DNA of 62,837 nt, filler included, from an uncultured bacterium (GTDB lineage: Bacteria; Hinthialibacterota; Hinthialibacteria; Hinthialibacterales; Hinthialibacteraceae): NCBI GenBank assembly GCA_964449065.1. It is 5 parts of 5 records of this genome, joined end to end, with 100 filler letters (N's around TTAATTAATTAA, not from the genome) between each part and the next. Parts side by side here need not be neighbours in the genome. Positions count along the whole stretch, not along the records: positions 50,404 to 62,837 come from CAYVAZ010000146.1; 4 more parts are not named here. One strand, 5' to 3'. The notes under the pieces are model-generated. The model made no database searches. It saw only the letters and a program-made list of their open reading frames with translations, and had not been told where the DNA came from. The first letter of the stretch is position 1. Every line of letters starts with the position of its first letter. The translations under genes and the position numbers were made by a program. Shown here piece by piece: positions 59,581-62,837 of the stretch.

Positions 59581-61281
59581 ATGAATTGGTTAACACCGCG
59601 TAGACGGTTTTTGATGACGGTTCCTTTGGCGCTATTGCTGCCATCGGGATTGTTGACCTATTTGGGCTTGCAGATGGTGAGTATGACGGAAGACGATTAC
59701 CGCGAACAAGCGGTTTATTTTGTAGAGCGTTCATGGCATACGATTCGCAATGAAACTACCGAAAAATTGGATCAATTGTTGTTGAATGATTTTCTACCGG
59801 CTATGAACAGGAAACTGCAATTCATTCAATCCAATATCCCATTACCTGCCGATTTTCATTTTGAGTTGCCGAATGAATTGGAGTATGCAGACCGTGTTTT
59901 TATTTTATTGCAGAATGAGCAATTGTATTTTTTCGAACGGGTGCATTCGGGTGATGCCATGACTTCCGGTTGGAAATTGACCCGTGATGTTCGTGCTACA
60001 TTTGAGGGCTACATTAAGACGAAAATTTTGTTGAATACCAAAAGTTCAAACGCGGAATATGAACCGTTTCCTCCCGACCGTAGATACGAAAAAGAAAGAG
60101 AACTTGCGGCATTTACGATCCGGAGTGTTACAAGCAGGATGAATATTGAATCCAGTTCGGCGAACCCTGCCGCGGTAGAAGCGGTGGGGTTTACGTTTGA
60201 TTTTGATTATATCAATCATCAGTTTTTCCAATCCGTTATTGAGGATTTATGGAGCGTTCCAACCAGCGGATATGAATTGCGGTATCCGGTCATGATATAT
60301 GATGTGGTCACAGAACAGCGCGTGGCGGAACCTTCAATGATTGGGGCAGCGAAGTTAGAGGTCAGTACCGAATATTCGCCGAAATTTTTTCACGACAAAA
60401 TATTTCCGTGGTATCAGCTGCAATATTCCAAGGAAACCGGTCAGGATTATCAACAAATAGCAGATACAGCCCGGTTCATTTATTATTGCTTAATCGCTTC
60501 CGCCAATATCATTATGATCGTAGCCATCATCGGGTCGATCCGTAATATCAATCAGGAACTCATCCTCTCGGATATGCGCTCGGATTTTGTGGCCAGGGTG
60601 TCGCATGAATTACGGACACCGCTGGGATTGATTCGGTTGTATTCGGAAACGCTGGAGATGGGGCGGACAAAGGATCCGACCAAGCAAAATGAATATCTTC
60701 ACGCGATTACCAAAGAGAGCGAGCGGCTGACGCATTTAATTAATAATGTTTTGAATTTTTCGCAGATTGAAGCAAGGCGGAAACAGTATAAGTTGGTGAA
60801 TATGCCGATTCGTTCGGTGGTAGAAGAAGCGGTGGATTCGATCCAGTATCATTTGGAACGAAAGGATTTCAGTATCGATGTGAACATTCAACCCGATTTG
60901 CCGGTGGTGATGTGTGACAGCGAAGCGATGGAATTGGCGTTGTATAATTTGCTTTCAAACGCCATGAAATATTCCGGCGAAAACAAGAAAATTGAATTGA
61001 GTGTACAGCAAGAGGGAAACGAAGTGGTATTGGAAGTGAAAGATTACGGCATTGGAATTCCAAAAGAACTGCAAAAGAAGATCTTTCAAGAATTTTACCG
61101 AATCGATGATCCAGTGGTGCGGTCAACTGGAGGCAGCGGGCTTGGTTTGGCGGTCACGCGGCATATCGTAGAGGGTCATCAAGGGAAAATTACGGTGGAT
61201 AGCCAAGCGGGTGAGGGAAGCGTGTTCCGGATTCATTTGCCCACCAAACAATCGAAACAACAGGCCATGCAACATGCGTAG
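59581..61281 (+). CDS. Membrane sensor histidine kinase
   Basis: Two TMs; VSHELRTPL H-box, NLLSNAMKY, DYGIGI, FYRI, GSGLGL. Confidence 0.95.
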   Translation: MNWLTPRRRFLMTVPLALLLPSGLLTYLGLQMVSMTEDDYREQAVYFVERSWHTIRNETTEKLDQLLLNDFLPAMNRKLQFIQSNIPLPADFHFELPNELEYADRVFILLQNEQLYFFERVHSGDAMTSGWKLTRDVRATFEGYIKTKILLNTKSSNAEYEPFPPDRRYEKERELAAFTIRSVTSRMNIESSSANPAAVEAVGFTFDFDYINHQFFQSVIEDLWSVPTSGYELRYPVMIYDVVTEQRVAEPSMIGAAKLEVSTEYSPKFFHDKIFPWYQLQYSKETGQDYQQIADTARFIYYCLIASANIIMIVAIIGSIRNINQELILSDMRSDFVARVSHELRTPLGLIRLYSETLEMGRTKDPTKQNEYLHAITKESERLTHLINNVLNFSQIEARRKQYKLVNMPIRSVVEEAVDSIQYHLERKDFSIDVNIQPDLPVVMCDSEAMELALYNLLSNAMKYSGENKKIELSVQQEGNEVVLEVKDYGIGIPKELQKKIFQEFYRIDDPVVRSTGGSGLGLAVTRHIVEGHQGKITVDSQAGEGSVFRIHLPTKQSKQQAMQHA

Positions 61282-61282
61282 T

Positions 61283-62837
61283 ATGGAAGAAAATCAAACC
61301 ATCTTGACGCGCTGGATGACACTGCTTTGCGACACACTGTTTTTGCTGCCGGTGCTGCAAGTGCCGCTATTGTTTTCTGGGGATTTCAATACCAATACAC
61401 TTGTTATGAAGGAACCAGCACTGCATTTGGGGATTGTGTTTTTGCTGTTGGGATTGGCCTTATACCAATTTTTGTCCAAAGGTGTTTCATTGCTTTCTCC
61501 GGTTCCTATTTATATGACCGGATTGATTGTTCTATTTTGGCTCTATCTTTTCTATTCGAAAGAGGTGATCGCCGCGCATCCGAATGGCGATTATGAATTC
61601 CTGCGCTGGACGGTTTATTTTATCATTTTTGTTTGTTACGCCTGTTTAGGCGCGAACCAAAGACGTCTGCGTTTGTTTGTATATACAACCATCATGGTCT
61701 CATTGGTTGTGAGTGTGTATGGAATCTTGCAGACGCAAGAATGGTTTTTGCGGTATGACCGGGAATATTTAGTGGCATGGGAATCCTTTTCATGGGAAGT
61801 CAGCGGCGCGCGGCGGGTGTGTTCTTCGTTGTGCAATCCGGATTATTTGGCGAGTTATCTGGTGACTGTGTTTCCTGTCACCATGATTGTATCTGTGGTC
61901 TATCAAGGCTGGATACGTTACGGCTGCTTCGGGATTGGTTTGCTGCAGCTGATTGCTTTGCTGTTTACCTATAGCCGGGGCGGATGGATCACGTTGTTTG
62001 TTGTGTGTTTGCTGCTCGCGTCGTTATTTGTCTATGTGAATTGGATCAAAGATCCTGTGCCGGTGCCGACCCATCTATCCCCCAAGATGCTGTTGGTTGG
62101 AATCGCGTTCTTCTTGGGCATTGGTGTTGGTGTGATGGTGTGGCAGTGGGAAGAGGTGTATGCCGCGTTGTACCGCATCGCGAATTTCGGCACGGGTGTA
62201 TCCGTTTCATCCCGCCCCTATTTTTATGAGGGGGCGTTTTTGATGATGTGGGACGCTCCGTTTTTTGGGCATGGGATCGGGATGTTTGAGGTGGTGTTTC
62301 CGGAATACCGGTCCGCCGAACTCACGCGGATTCTGCCGTTTCAAGAGTGGTCGGTCGGTCATGTGCATAATGAGTATTTGGAAATCGGTTCGGAAACCGG
62401 CCTGACCGGTCTGTTTCTTTATATCCTATTGCTGCTCACTTGCGGATCGGGGATATGGAGATCGTTGGTGGATTATCGTACGCGGGAAAACTTGCTGTTA
62501 TTGGGATTGGGGTGCGGGATTTTCGCGGCATTGTTTCATAACATGTTCACGGTCACGCTGCGCTATGCGCCGAGTGCTTTTCTTCTATGGTCGTTTACCG
62601 GCGCGGCTTTGGGGAGTGCATATTCATCTGCAAATATAAACCTTCCATTCAAATCGATATGGTCAACGTGTTTGGTTGTGATCGGAGCCGCCGCTCTTAT
62701 CCCCTATGTGTATACAACCACCGTGCAATATTATGTGGGAGATCATTTGCTGCGGCATTCAATGGATACGGTGAACTATGAATTAACGCCGGACATGGGA
62801 GTTCAGGAAGTTCGCCATCAATTGGAGGATTCTTTGT
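61283..62837 (+). CDS. O-antigen ligase/Wzy_C-family membrane protein, runs off the window end (absent from the ORF track)
   Basis: Manual translation from ATG 61283 stays open: NPDYLASYL, FTYSRGGW, PFFGHGIG, HVHNEYLE; many TMs. Confidence 0.85.
   Translation, partial: MEENQTILTRWMTLLCDTLFLLPVLQVPLLFSGDFNTNTLVMKEPALHLGIVFLLLGLALYQFLSKGVSLLSPVPIYMTGLIVLFWLYLFYSKEVIAAHPNGDYEFLRWTVYFIIFVCYACLGANQRRLRLFVYTTIMVSLVVSVYGILQTQEWFLRYDREYLVAWESFSWEVSGARRVCSSLCNPDYLASYLVTVFPVTMIVSVVYQGWIRYGCFGIGLLQLIALLFTYSRGGWITLFVVCLLLASLFVYVNWIKDPVPVPTHLSPKMLLVGIAFFLGIGVGVMVWQWEEVYAALYRIANFGTGVSVSSRPYFYEGAFLMMWDAPFFGHGIGMFEVVFPEYRSAELTRILPFQEWSVGHVHNEYLEIGSETGLTGLFLYILLLLTCGSGIWRSLVDYRTRENLLLLGLGCGIFAALFHNMFTVTLRYAPSAFLLWSFTGAALGSAYSSANINLPFKSIWSTCLVVIGAAALIPYVYTTTVQYYVGDHLLRHSMDTVNYELTPDMGVQEVRHQLEDSL

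Overview
This is draft-genome (MAG-like) bacterial DNA made of five contigs: 1-12623, 12724-25215, 25316-37762, 37863-50303 and 50404-62837. They are joined by artificial 100-nt N44-TTAATTAATTAA-N44 linkers and appear sorted by decreasing length, so neighbourhoods across linkers are meaningless. Orphan 'IAVPNFLNAQVRA' prepilin-like genes, a C-terminal VASWMVY motif and dockerin-like repeats suggest Ca. Hinthialibacterota/Sumerlaeota-like bacteria (inference only). Most genes are ordinary metabolic or envelope genes (GspE/PilB ATPase, hppA, LysM amidase, mltG, nagB, argH, namZ, mtnP, yicC, histidine kinase, O-antigen ligase). There is also a 2407-aa teneurin/Tc-like FG-GAP-YD/RHS protein. The accessory DNA holds the notable signals. 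(1) Toxin-antitoxin and Fic cargo is stacked in tandem between core genes, with stranded duplicate copies of core-gene ends at the junctions (acylase 3' end fused to eamA 5' end; a synonymously diverged mtnP 3' end) and no integrase or transposase in the window. (2) Five of seven type II TA loci have a broken or deleted toxin but an intact antitoxin. (3) Three families of TA-flanked MITEs carry different REP-like palindromes and nest into one another. No rRNA, tRNA, CRISPR array or transposase was recognised. All alignments and counts were done by eye.
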